From an uncultured virus (IMG/VR IMGVR_UViG_3300011114_000961) (lineage: Duplodnaviria; Heunggongvirae; Uroviricota; Caudoviricetes), in the IMG/VR virus record IMGVR_UViG_3300011114_000961, positions 1-64,000 of that record: 64,000 nt of DNA; one strand, given 5' to 3'. The notes below the pieces were generated by a model that searched no databases, had not been told where the DNA came from, and was given only the letters and a program-made list of their open reading frames with translations. Position 1 is the stretch's first letter. Each line of letters begins with the position of its first letter. This document shows, piece after piece, positions 37,348 through 46,993 of the stretch. The translations under genes and the position numbers were made by a program.

Positions 37348-37948
37348 ATTGAATTCAAACCTGAACAAACACAACTTGATCCTGGTTGACGCCGACGGCG
37401 TGCTGTTGGACTGGGCTGCAAGATTTGACCAATGGATGATTGTTAATGGTCATCGATTATTAAATATTGACGCATATCTAATAGACGAACGTTTTGATGT
37501 GAGTTTCAATCATGGCCGTGCTTGTATCAAGCAATTCAATGAATCCGCAGCCATTGGCTACCTAGATCCATTGCGTGATGCTCAACAATATGTACAGCAA
37601 TTGCATGAACAACATGGATATACATTTCACTTGATCACCAGTTTGAGCCAAGATGTTTATGCCGGCCGTGCTAGAGAATACAACATGCAAAATCTGTTTG
37701 GCCACACAGCATTCAGTCGTTTTGTGTTCTTGGGCACAGGTGCAGACAAACACGAAGCTTTGGTAGAATATCAAAACTCAGGCTGTTGGTGGTTTGAGGA
37801 CAAGGCCGAAAATGCCGAAGTTGGATTGACGTTTGGATTGAATTCAGTACTGATGTACCACGGATACAACAAGAATTATCACAATCCCCGCATACCCGTG
37901 GTACAAAACTGGCAAGAATTTTACCAGTTGGTCACTGGCGGTGCTTGA
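37337..37948 (+). CDS. HAD-superfamily hydrolase (T4 30.2-like)
   Basis: LVDADGVLLDW, LITS, FEDK..N. Confidence 0.8.
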   Translation: MENKLNSNLNKHNLILVDADGVLLDWAARFDQWMIVNGHRLLNIDAYLIDERFDVSFNHGRACIKQFNESAAIGYLDPLRDAQQYVQQLHEQHGYTFHLITSLSQDVYAGRAREYNMQNLFGHTAFSRFVFLGTGADKHEALVEYQNSGCWWFEDKAENAEVGLTFGLNSVLMYHGYNKNYHNPRIPVVQNWQEFYQLVTGGA

Positions 37949-38185
37949 TGCATTCAGAAATATCAACGCTGTTTTGAAATTTTCTAAATGGTTCCGTGGC
38001 CATTTGCATTGCCGGTTGATAGACTTCAATTGCTTTCTTTACTTCATCGTAGTTTTTAATTAATTCTGAATTGGAAACATTGGGTGTGTATCTAGTGCAA
38101 GCCCAATTTTTTCACTCAACAGGGCAGATCCAGATCTTCCCCAGGAGGCCACAACAATTCTAGGAAATGAAGCAAGTAAATTCAT
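37932..38185 (-). pseudogene. internally deleted, frameshifted sulfotransferase-like gene remnant
   Basis: MNLLASFPRIVVASWGRSGSALL...* in one frame and ...ELIKNYDEVKKAI...* in another; TAAATA 6 nt upstream. Confidence 0.5.
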
Positions 38186-38236
38186 AATGACTATTTACTT
38201 GCCCCATTTTGATTGCAAAATATCTAAAGATGCCTA

Positions 38237-38974
38237 CTAATTTGTGTATAATTTTAGTACCGACCCTATGATCTTGTGACGTTGAACGTCACGAGCTTCT
38301 AAGGCACACACAGCTATTCCCTCCACTGGTCGTTTTTGCAATCGTTCACACAGGTCCAATAGACCGTTGTCTCCAGTTGCTCGATCAGCTTGTTCTACAT
38401 CGCCGGTTATGACGATTTTGGAATTTTGTCCAATGCGGGTCATCAACATCTTCACCTGGGCAGGAGTTGCATTTTGCATTTCGTCTGCTATTATCCACGA
38501 GTTTTTAAAGGTGCGGCCGCGCATGAATGCCAGAGGCGCAATTTCCACAACCTGATCTTCTATCATGGCTACGATGTCCTGGGCGCGATAATATTCACGC
38601 ATGACGTCTAACAAAGGACGGGTCCATGGTTCCATTTTGGCCACTAGGTTGCCGGGGAGGAAACCGTGTTGTTCCCCTTCTACTCCCACTGCTGGGCGAG
38701 TCATTACCAATCGATCACATGCTCCTTCTCTAAGTGCTTTTACTGCTGCCTGCATGGCCAAGTATGTTTTACCTGTGCCTGCAGGTCCTGCAGTGACCAC
38801 AATATGTTGATCGTTATCTTGTAGTGCCAACACCAAGCGTTCTTGATTTCGTGTGCGAGGGATCAAGTCTATGCGACGTGGTGTCGCCTTAGATACTGGG
38901 TTAAAACTGATGGTGTTTTCTACAGATTGAATCATACGTTTGTTTTGTGCTTTGACGGCGCGGTTTCTACTCAA
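38237..38974 (-). CDS. phoH: PhoH-like ATPase
   Basis: GPAGTGKT, TRPAV, GFLPG, APLAFMRGRTF, DEMQN, GDVEQAD; TTG start with AGGAG SD. Confidence 0.95.
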   Translation of the reverse strand: MSRNRAVKAQNKRMIQSVENTISFNPVSKATPRRIDLIPRTRNQERLVLALQDNDQHIVVTAGPAGTGKTYLAMQAAVKALREGACDRLVMTRPAVGVEGEQHGFLPGNLVAKMEPWTRPLLDVMREYYRAQDIVAMIEDQVVEIAPLAFMRGRTFKNSWIIADEMQNATPAQVKMLMTRIGQNSKIVITGDVEQADRATGDNGLLDLCERLQKRPVEGIAVCALEARDVQRHKIIGSVLKLYTN

Positions 38975-39133
38975 ATCAAATTCTCCTAGTAAATGTCCTC
39001 TCGGACCAACCTATTTACGGCCGCAAATTTTAATAAATGTGCTGAGTGATATTGGAAATATGGGCACTAAATACAGACCAGGCTACTGTTTCTAGAGATC
39101 ACAAGCTATGATCCTAATCACATAAATAATCAC

Positions 39134-39712
39134 ATGGACAAAGAACTCTTCAAAGACCACACCGACTACTGGCAAGTGGCCGACAACATCCGCGACATCT
39201 ACATGAGCGACGGCAGTTTGACCACACTGTTGGACTTTGAGCGTGTGCTGGACGAAGTGGATTTGTACGCATTCAAAAACTGGGAAATCGGCGAACTTGT
39301 GGCTGGTCCAGAAATTGGCAAATATCGTGTGGAATGCACATTCATGTGGCCCGAAAAACTCATGCCTGATCCACGTGGTGCCAGGCGGCTGCTGCCGTTT
39401 GATTGCAAAGTGGAATATCAACGCAAAGAAATAAAGATCCCGGTGAAGATCACTGATCCTTCAGATTACATTCCAGGCACACACAAAGCCAAACTAATGA
39501 CCAAAGATGTATGGCTGGTGTCAATCACCATGCCCAAGGCCTTGATGAATGACATACGCACTGGCTCAATTGAAATGGAAGATCAGGACATTGATCTGGA
39601 CGAACTGGATGCTGCTTATGACGAGGATCTAGACAAAGATGCTGTACAAAGTGACCAGGAAAGTCAGAAAGCACAAGATGAACTCAACTCCAATGAACCA
39701 CAACCACAATAA
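39134..39712 (+). CDS. conserved hypothetical late protein
   Basis: TAAATA-N5-ATG; LDFERVLDEVDLYAFKNW...MPDPRG. Confidence 0.8.
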   Translation: MDKELFKDHTDYWQVADNIRDIYMSDGSLTTLLDFERVLDEVDLYAFKNWEIGELVAGPEIGKYRVECTFMWPEKLMPDPRGARRLLPFDCKVEYQRKEIKIPVKITDPSDYIPGTHKAKLMTKDVWLVSITMPKALMNDIRTGSIEMEDQDIDLDELDAAYDEDLDKDAVQSDQESQKAQDELNSNEPQPQ

Positions 39713-39713
39713 A

Positions 39714-40244
39714 ATGCTGGCTGAAGGCCTGCAATACAAAGACCTAGACGGCATCATGAAGCCCACCATGCATGTGGACGAATTTTCCAGCAAAATGGGC
39801 GACGATGAAGACATCATTGTGCTCAGCTTCTTTGTGCGTGATCTACAAGCTGCCAAGGACCTGATGGGTTGGTTTGAAAAGGGCTACGACTTTGTGATTG
39901 ACGCTGACCGCAGCCCCGGCGAAATCAAACCGTCACGCTATTTGGTGTATGTGGAAATACGCAGACGCAGCACAGCAGCACAGAACATACAGATCTTGTT
40001 GGACGATCTCAGCACCTTAACAGAATTTGATCCTGAAGACTGGACAGTACACTACAAAAATCGTCACTGGCCTTGGTCAGAAGAAGCTTTTGCAAAAACA
40101 GTGCCAATGACGCCAAATGAATATCGTCGCACTACCAATGGCGACCTTAACGAATGGCGTATTGCTGCTGGGATTTCTCCCAAGCGCATACACGAAGTGC
40201 AGGATGATGTTCGTGCATTACAATCTATTGCGGGGTTGATATGA
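39714..40244 (+). CDS. conserved hypothetical late protein
   Basis: MLAEGL N-terminus; C-terminal RIAAGI and QSIAGLI motifs. Confidence 0.8.
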   Translation: MLAEGLQYKDLDGIMKPTMHVDEFSSKMGDDEDIIVLSFFVRDLQAAKDLMGWFEKGYDFVIDADRSPGEIKPSRYLVYVEIRRRSTAAQNIQILLDDLSTLTEFDPEDWTVHYKNRHWPWSEEAFAKTVPMTPNEYRRTTNGDLNEWRIAAGISPKRIHEVQDDVRALQSIAGLI

Positions 40245-41614
40245 GACTACGAGAATTTGATGAAAAAGAACGGCTATTAAAAGCCAACGAAAAATTAACA
40301 AAATACAAAACTGACGCAGGTGCCGACGCCGCAGCAGCAGACGCAGCGGGCAATTTTGCTCGCGGTCACAAACGTTTTAAAGGCATAAATGCTGCTACCA
40401 TAAAACAGTTTGATAATGATGCCAAACTAGCTAAATTGAAAGATCTAAACAAGCAAGGTGTGGCGGAGAACGCAGAACTCAAGAAACGAAAACGTGCCTA
40501 CAACCAGGCTGCTAAAGATGCCAATGCTGACCAAGTGGGTGCAGGCAAGAAGATTGACACAATGAAAAACAGTCTGCGTCAAAAAGATATCAACAAACAA
40601 AGTGTGGCGGAAGGCATGCGAAAGTGGCTGGTGATTCATAGTGGATCACATGGTGAAGGTGGCAAGATGACTATTGACGCTCCTGACTTTGAAGCAGCAT
40701 GGAAATTGGCCAACGAATATGATCTAGACATCATTGACATCAAACCAGTCAAAGGTGTGGCGGAGGAGTGGAGTCAAAAGTACAAGAATTCAATCAATTG
40801 CAGCCACCCCAAAGGTTTCAGCCAAAAGGCGCACTGTGCCGGTAAACAGAAGCACAATGAATCAATTGAAATGGAAATGGTGTGTGAAGACTGTGGCATG
40901 TGTCAAACACACGGCAGTCTAAACGAAATTAAAAAGGGCGAGAAAGACAGCAATGGCTACACTCGTTGCTGGCCAGGCAAGCATGCCGAAGGCACCAAAA
41001 CAGGCAAAAATGGTGGGCAAGTTCGCAACTGTGTGCCCAACGAAAGCATAGAGGAAAGCGAAGAAAACCGCTGTCGCCAATGTGGCATGATCAACTGCAA
41101 GTGCCCTGGTGATAGTTGCAAGTGCAAGCCCATTGCAGGATGGATTCCCAACAAAGGATTCAGAAAAGCTGCAGAGCAAGTGGATGAAGATCAACTGGAC
41201 GAACTTTCAAAAGACACATTAAGAAATTACGTTCGAGCACAACCCGCTAGAATAAAAGGCCCTGCTGGATTGGCCACAACCAATAACAAAAAAGCCGCGC
41301 GAATAGTTAACCGTGATATACCTCGAGCCCTGGACAAATACAAAGATCCTGCATACGGACAACAGGGCATGGCGGAATCCAATGTATTCACTGATGCTAG
41401 AATGAATGCTATCAAAGCCGACCAAGACACATTTGTAGTACATGGAAAAACATATCAGGTCACCGGCGACACCACAGACGAGAGACAAGCAGGATTAGCA
41501 GAAGATTCACTTGCGGCCATGCGTCGACTGGCCGGTGTCACAACGCCGCCTGCAGCCGCACCTAATGGTCCACGTCAGTATCGTCACATGCCCACAGCGG
41601 TGCAACCACGATGA
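40241..41614 (+). CDS. modular polyprotein-like protein with xxAE linkers
   Basis: MRLREF start; GVAE, SVAE, GVAE, GMAE, GLAE, LNE, LDE separate unrelated short modules. Confidence 0.8.
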   Translation: MRLREFDEKERLLKANEKLTKYKTDAGADAAAADAAGNFARGHKRFKGINAATIKQFDNDAKLAKLKDLNKQGVAENAELKKRKRAYNQAAKDANADQVGAGKKIDTMKNSLRQKDINKQSVAEGMRKWLVIHSGSHGEGGKMTIDAPDFEAAWKLANEYDLDIIDIKPVKGVAEEWSQKYKNSINCSHPKGFSQKAHCAGKQKHNESIEMEMVCEDCGMCQTHGSLNEIKKGEKDSNGYTRCWPGKHAEGTKTGKNGGQVRNCVPNESIEESEENRCRQCGMINCKCPGDSCKCKPIAGWIPNKGFRKAAEQVDEDQLDELSKDTLRNYVRAQPARIKGPAGLATTNNKKAARIVNRDIPRALDKYKDPAYGQQGMAESNVFTDARMNAIKADQDTFVVHGKTYQVTGDTTDERQAGLAEDSLAAMRRLAGVTTPPAAAPNGPRQYRHMPTAVQPR

Positions 41615-41778
41615 AACGCACTGCCAATGGCCGCCCTATACGTCCACTGCCCGGTGCGCCCATCCGACTTGATGCACCAGCAGGTCCTGAAACGCCGCAA
41701 ACATCTGAACGTCAACAACGCAAAGTGCGTAGATCCACCAGAATGATCCCTATCAGTATGTCATTTCGAATGCAATGA
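41611..41778 (+). CDS. small basic protein (55 aa)
   Basis: ATGA overlaps at both ends. Confidence 0.55.
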   Translation: MKRTANGRPIRPLPGAPIRLDAPAGPETPQTSERQQRKVRRSTRMIPISMSFRMQ

Positions 41779-42410
41779 GAGCTGAAGATTTCCAAATACA
41801 CGACCACGACAAACTAGATCGCATACTTGCACAGTTATGCGAAATGGTCATTCGCGGCCAACAACAGAATCCTGATCTGGGCATGGTGGCTGCTGCGGTG
41901 CTGGATCCTGACAATCAATGCATAGCCAGCATCAATCATCCCAGTGACACTGGTCATCGTGTGCATGCTGAACGTGCTGCTATCAATGCTTACACTCAGC
42001 AGTTTGGCGCTGTGCCCAGGGGCAGCATAGTGATCACCACGCTGAGTCCTTGCAGCGAACACATGGACGAACGTGACGGCGCTCCTTGTACCGATCTCTT
42101 GCATGAACACGGCATACACAAAGTGTACTGCGGCTATCAAGATCCCACACAACGAGTCGGCCACAAGCGATTTCACACCGAATGCACAAGAAATCGCAAA
42201 CTGCATGAACTGTGCCATCAGTTTGCTGCCACATTCTTGGAGCCCACACAGCAACTGGATGAATTGAGTTTCTTAGGAAGCCCTTGCACCAAAGATTGTT
42301 CGGGACACAGAGCCGGATATCGTTGGTCCAAGGCCCGCGGCAACGTTCATGCTGCCAGCTGGTCTGACAGTTTCAACCGCGGTGCAGCGTTGGCTGCGGC
42401 CGGCAGATAA
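41775..42410 (+). CDS. zinc-dependent deaminase-fold protein with C-terminal module
   Basis: HAE...TTLSPC...PC; after QLDE a CTKDCSGHRAGY module. Confidence 0.8.
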   Translation: MRAEDFQIHDHDKLDRILAQLCEMVIRGQQQNPDLGMVAAAVLDPDNQCIASINHPSDTGHRVHAERAAINAYTQQFGAVPRGSIVITTLSPCSEHMDERDGAPCTDLLHEHGIHKVYCGYQDPTQRVGHKRFHTECTRNRKLHELCHQFAATFLEPTQQLDELSFLGSPCTKDCSGHRAGYRWSKARGNVHAASWSDSFNRGAALAAAGR

Positions 42411-42412
42411 CG

Positions 42413-43147
42413 TTACTTTTTGGTATACACAAAATAAAGACGCCCCAGTTCGGTGGGTTCTTTCTTAAAGGTATCTAGACTTAGATTGTACTTTTCGGCA
42501 AATTCATTTACTATTTCGAATGTCCAAGGAAATATATCCACATAAGGACCTGTTTTGTGCAGCAGTCCAGGATTGGCCCGCAAAAAGAATCGACCACCGG
42601 GCTTTAACAAACTCACGCAGTGTGCAAACCGCTGTTCAATTTCGTCCTTGGAGTTGAAGTTGATCGAACCCAGTGCAATGATCACGTCGTGACTTTCGGG
42701 TTTGACTCGATAGTCCAGGATATCCACTTCATAATCAGCTGCATCGTTGTACGGATCAATGCCGACGATGTTGTGTATGCGACCCTTAAACGGATGATAT
42801 CCACAGCCCACGTCCAGGACCTTTTGTGGATTTAACTGATTGATTTCGTCTACCAAGGCCCAGCCTGAATGATCATATTCGCCTGTGCGCGGCCGCCAAA
42901 TTTCAGCAAAGAATCTGTGTGTGTAACGTTCTGACAAGTCTGCTACAATTTCTTTCAAGGTGCCGCGATATTCACAACTCAAGCCCAGTTCAGCTTCCAC
43001 AGCATCTTTGAACTTGCTGTAGCGTGCTGGTGTCCAGGGCAACTGATCTACCACTGTATGTTCAGTAATAGAAATTTTGCTATACTTGGGCAAAATAAAC
43101 GCACTCTGCAAATTTTTTGTGATTAAGGAGAAAATTTTTGTGTTCAT
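42413..43147 (-). CDS. class I SAM-dependent methyltransferase
   Basis: VLDVGCG, GID, LLKPGG. Confidence 0.85.
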   Translation of the reverse strand: MNTKIFSLITKNLQSAFILPKYSKISITEHTVVDQLPWTPARYSKFKDAVEAELGLSCEYRGTLKEIVADLSERYTHRFFAEIWRPRTGEYDHSGWALVDEINQLNPQKVLDVGCGYHPFKGRIHNIVGIDPYNDAADYEVDILDYRVKPESHDVIIALGSINFNSKDEIEQRFAHCVSLLKPGGRFFLRANPGLLHKTGPYVDIFPWTFEIVNEFAEKYNLSLDTFKKEPTELGRLYFVYTKK

Positions 43148-43198
43148 ATAAAATTTTTGGTAAATAACTTTGATTTCAAACATATTTAAGGAGAAGTT

Positions 43199-44158
43199 AT
43201 GCACATCAAAAAAATACTGGCTGTTTTGATTTTGTTACCAGCAATGGCATTGGCCTGGGAACCCACTAAACAAATTACTGTGATATATCCAAACGGTCCG
43301 GGTGCGGGCAATGAAATAAGTTTTAAAATTGCAGCAGATATCGTGGAACGCAACACCGGCGCAAAATTTGTATCTGACTATCGGCCAGGTGCTGACGGTA
43401 ATCTCGCCACTAATTATTTCAACACAGTGGCCAATGACGGGCACACTGTGTCGGTGCCTGCTTGTAACAGTCAATGGGTCACAGCCGAAATATGGTATCC
43501 ACAGCTGATCAAATACAATATTTTTGAATTTGAACCAATTGCTAACATTGCCAAAAGCCCGCTGGCGTTCTGGGCTCATCCCAGTAGCCGAGTAAACACA
43601 CCTGAAGAATTGATAAATGAAATTCGATCCAAACAAAGACCTATCAATTTTGCCATTGGTGGCGGCGGACACAAACTAGCAGTAGAATACTTGACCAGCA
43701 AATTGAATGTGTCAGGAGATCGAGTAGAAACTGTGATGTACAAAGGTCCGGCACAAGCACTATTAGATGTAATGGGCGGGCATGTGGAGTTTGGAGTGAC
43801 TCCGGTGGCAGTGGGATATCCTTATGTACCGGCGGGCAAATTGAAGTTGATTGGACTAGCAAGTGAAGTACCTATTCACGGATTGGAAAAAACACCATTG
43901 ATGAAAGATTACGCACCGGGACTAAACATTTATGGTTGTTGGAATCTTATACTGCCAAAAGGCACGCCAAAAGACATACAAGACTGGTATCGCGCCAACT
44001 TCATACCTGCCATCAACAGTCGAGAAGCCAAACAAAAGTTTGATGAAAACATGATGTTCACAAATCCCAAAGAGCACACAGCTGAGGGATTAAATAACAG
44101 TATGATTAAATTACGCAAAGAATGGCAACCCATAGCACAACGATTCAAACCTGAATGA
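43199..44158 (+). CDS. tripartite tricarboxylate transporter substrate-binding protein (Bug/TctC family)
   Basis: signal peptide; P.K.IT.I.P..PG, RPGADG, DGHT, YKGPAQALLDVMGGHV, PKGTP. Confidence 0.88.
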   Translation: MHIKKILAVLILLPAMALAWEPTKQITVIYPNGPGAGNEISFKIAADIVERNTGAKFVSDYRPGADGNLATNYFNTVANDGHTVSVPACNSQWVTAEIWYPQLIKYNIFEFEPIANIAKSPLAFWAHPSSRVNTPEELINEIRSKQRPINFAIGGGGHKLAVEYLTSKLNVSGDRVETVMYKGPAQALLDVMGGHVEFGVTPVAVGYPYVPAGKLKLIGLASEVPIHGLEKTPLMKDYAPGLNIYGCWNLILPKGTPKDIQDWYRANFIPAINSREAKQKFDENMMFTNPKEHTAEGLNNSMIKLRKEWQPIAQRFKPE

Positions 44159-44772
44159 AATATATCTTTGTAGCCGGCGCTCCTGGCTCAAAATGGAGCA
44201 GCGTAGTTAAGAACATCTATTACAGCCCCAGCCTGGATCACAGTGATTACAGTGATGCCAGGACTTATCATCACGATGCCAGTGGGCAGACGGAGTTAAT
44301 GCACTTGGGTGCATACTTTGATCCTGGCATGGAGTTTGATTTGCCTCCTGACTTGTTTGCACTGAGTAAAGATGCACTGGAGGATATATTCAACAGTGCA
44401 TTCACTGGTACTGGTGTGCGTATTATCAAAAGTCATATATTTGCCAACAACATTGATTTTTTACGGGCATGTTGGCCTGATTGTCCTGTTGTACTGGTAC
44501 ATCGACCCGACGATGCGTGTTTGGGCTGGTGGGTCAAGTGCGGGCATTTTGACATCACTTATCCACTGTATCACGGCCACTACAAAAATTTAAAAACAAT
44601 GGCCACCATCATCAAACAACAGAATAGCGGCATAGTCAATGCTGCAATGAAATATCCCGGGCGCAATCCATTGGACAATATCATGCTGTGCAACATGCTA
44701 AATCTACAACCGCCGCCAGCAGAATATAAACAAAATTACGCAATGTCAGACGTAAGGGTAACAGTGATATGA
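44155..44772 (+). CDS. P-loop/sulfotransferase-like protein
   Basis: IFVAGAPGSKWS, IIKSH, VLVHR. Confidence 0.5.
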   Translation: MKYIFVAGAPGSKWSSVVKNIYYSPSLDHSDYSDARTYHHDASGQTELMHLGAYFDPGMEFDLPPDLFALSKDALEDIFNSAFTGTGVRIIKSHIFANNIDFLRACWPDCPVVLVHRPDDACLGWWVKCGHFDITYPLYHGHYKNLKTMATIIKQQNSGIVNAAMKYPGRNPLDNIMLCNMLNLQPPPAEYKQNYAMSDVRVTVI

Positions 44773-45428
44773 ACTCAAATTGGGAATTGACAAAACAACG
44801 CAGTCAATATCATTTTGACACAGAACGCTGGAATCCCAAATGGGACAGAGTTGAACGCCTGGGACACATAACACCCAACTGGGATCAAGAACTGGCCACA
44901 GCAATAGAAACCAGTCGACCTGTGACATGGCGCACAAGAGGCCAGCCCAATGATGCCAAGGTTCGCAGCAGCGAAGAACACGACCGTGAAGAATACGATT
45001 TAGAATCATACGGCATGAGCAAAGATTATGTTGTGAGCAATTTGAACTATGAGCTTGCTCCGGTGTTTCAGCAAATTGCAAATCAATTTGCATTGGACTC
45101 GGTCATGGCCCGTATACATGTACAGCACCCCGGGCAAGTGTGGAATTTACACCTGGACAAATTGGAAAAATGGATGCCTGCTGATCCCAGTCAAGTGGTG
45201 CGTTATTTTGTACAACTCACAGACTGGCAGCAGGGTCATTTTTGGAGTTACGGCAACTACATGTGGTCTGGCTGGTCAGCCGGAAGTGTGACCACATTTG
45301 ACTGGATCAATGTGCCACATGCCACAGCCAATGCTGGTCATGTGCCCAGAGCCACACTGCAAATCACTGGAATTCGCACTGCTCAAACTGAACAATTCCT
45401 ACAGCAAATTAAATTGGGAAGAATCTAA
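44769..45428 (+). CDS. 2OG-Fe(II) oxygenase-like protein
   Basis: QHPGQVWNLHLD (HxD), PHATANAG, R..LQITG. Confidence 0.7.
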   Translation: MNSNWELTKQRSQYHFDTERWNPKWDRVERLGHITPNWDQELATAIETSRPVTWRTRGQPNDAKVRSSEEHDREEYDLESYGMSKDYVVSNLNYELAPVFQQIANQFALDSVMARIHVQHPGQVWNLHLDKLEKWMPADPSQVVRYFVQLTDWQQGHFWSYGNYMWSGWSAGSVTTFDWINVPHATANAGHVPRATLQITGIRTAQTEQFLQQIKLGRI

Positions 45429-45431
45429 GTT

Positions 45432-46049
45432 ATGTCTGACAAACTTTTGATCTGCGGCGATAGTTTTGCCGCAGATTGGACAGTTAAATATCCTGGGTGG
45501 GGTTGGCCTAATAAATTGGCCGAATGTTTTGATGTAACTAATCTTGCACAGCCCGGCTGCGGCGAATACAAAATATATCAGCAGTTGCTATCTGTTGACA
45601 TAAACAAATTTAATACAATCTTGGTATCACATACCAGCCCCAATCGTATATATGTTCGAACTCATCCTGTGCATCACAACGATGTACTGCATAAAAATAG
45701 TGATTTAATTTACACAGACATCCTGGCACACGCAAAAAATGATAAATCATTGAGTTCTATAGTTGATTATTATGAAAACTATTTTGATTTAGAATATGCA
45801 AAATTTGTGCATTCAATGACCTGTGAAAAAATACAAAATTTATTGACCACTGCGACGGGAAAAATTTTGCATGTTGTACACTCTCCCTGGGACAATTTAC
45901 ATCAATTTGATAATATGATGAACTTTGAATGGGTATTTAAAAAACACAACGGCTTTATGAATCACTATACTGACCGTGGCAACAAGATAATTTACGATTT
46001 GATTGTGGAAAAGATTCAAAGAAATGGCCATGGCAAAGATATTACCTAA
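45432..46049 (+). CDS. SGNH/GDSL-like hydrolase
   Basis: ICGDSF, NLAQPGCG, NHYT..GN. Confidence 0.65.
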   Translation: MSDKLLICGDSFAADWTVKYPGWGWPNKLAECFDVTNLAQPGCGEYKIYQQLLSVDINKFNTILVSHTSPNRIYVRTHPVHHNDVLHKNSDLIYTDILAHAKNDKSLSSIVDYYENYFDLEYAKFVHSMTCEKIQNLLTTATGKILHVVHSPWDNLHQFDNMMNFEWVFKKHNGFMNHYTDRGNKIIYDLIVEKIQRNGHGKDIT

Positions 46050-46944
46050 TTTTCTCTGGTGGAGTTTACGCAATGCACGATCAACAGAACTTCAAATTGA
46101 TTCGCCAACAAAGTGCCATGACATTGATCATTACAATGCGTTCTTGTACCCAATTACCTACCATCACAACAGCAGAGGATTCAGAGATCACGAATGGCCT
46201 GACACTGTTGAACAATTGCAGCAGTGCGTTTGGTGCTTTGGCGACAGTCAGACTGTGGGCATTGGTAACCCAATATCACACAACTGGGTTTATCTACTAG
46301 AACAAGCACTAGATCAACGTTGTATCAACGTAAGTATGGCCGGGCAAAGCAATGAATGGATCACTAGAAAAATTCAAAATCTGTTGACTGAAATTACCCC
46401 TCCTACTATTGTAATACACTGGAGTTACACGCACCGTCGAGAAAAACCAGATTCCATTTTAATCGATTTAATTAATTCTGATTGGAAAAAATTCTACAAG
46501 AATATCAAAGATGCAACCTGGCCAAGTGACGTAAAATTTGAGGATTTTCACACCCTGCCCCTGCATGTGCAAAAAGAAATAAAAGAAATACATTATGATG
46601 CTGAGAAAGAAAGATTTAACTTTGATTGCACCAATGGTATGTACGACGAGGAACGGTTTCTTCATTATTCAGAAAACGCCACAACACAAGATGACACACA
46701 AAATACAATTGACTGTATTAATTGCGTTGAACAACTGGCACAGCAACACAATATCACTGTGATACACAGTTTTGTTCCTGAGTTTGCTCCCGGGGATCAA
46801 ATACCGGTAATTGAAAAACATCTAGTGCAAATAGGTGCTAAATTTGTGCCGGCATTTGCGACTATGGATTGGGGTCGTGACATGAGTCATTATGGTGTTA
46901 AAACTGCTGGTTATTTTGTGAGCAAAATTACACAGTTAGTATAA
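46024..46944 (+). CDS. SGNH-like hydrolase with insertion
   Basis: NSRGFRD, CFGDSQTVG, NVSMAGQS, RDMSHYG. Confidence 0.65.
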   Translation: MAMAKILPNFLWWSLRNARSTELQIDSPTKCHDIDHYNAFLYPITYHHNSRGFRDHEWPDTVEQLQQCVWCFGDSQTVGIGNPISHNWVYLLEQALDQRCINVSMAGQSNEWITRKIQNLLTEITPPTIVIHWSYTHRREKPDSILIDLINSDWKKFYKNIKDATWPSDVKFEDFHTLPLHVQKEIKEIHYDAEKERFNFDCTNGMYDEERFLHYSENATTQDDTQNTIDCINCVEQLAQQHNITVIHSFVPEFAPGDQIPVIEKHLVQIGAKFVPAFATMDWGRDMSHYGVKTAGYFVSKITQLV

Positions 46945-46993
46945 CATGCTCGGTAAATAATAGCACACCACACTTCAAACAAATAGAAATAAC

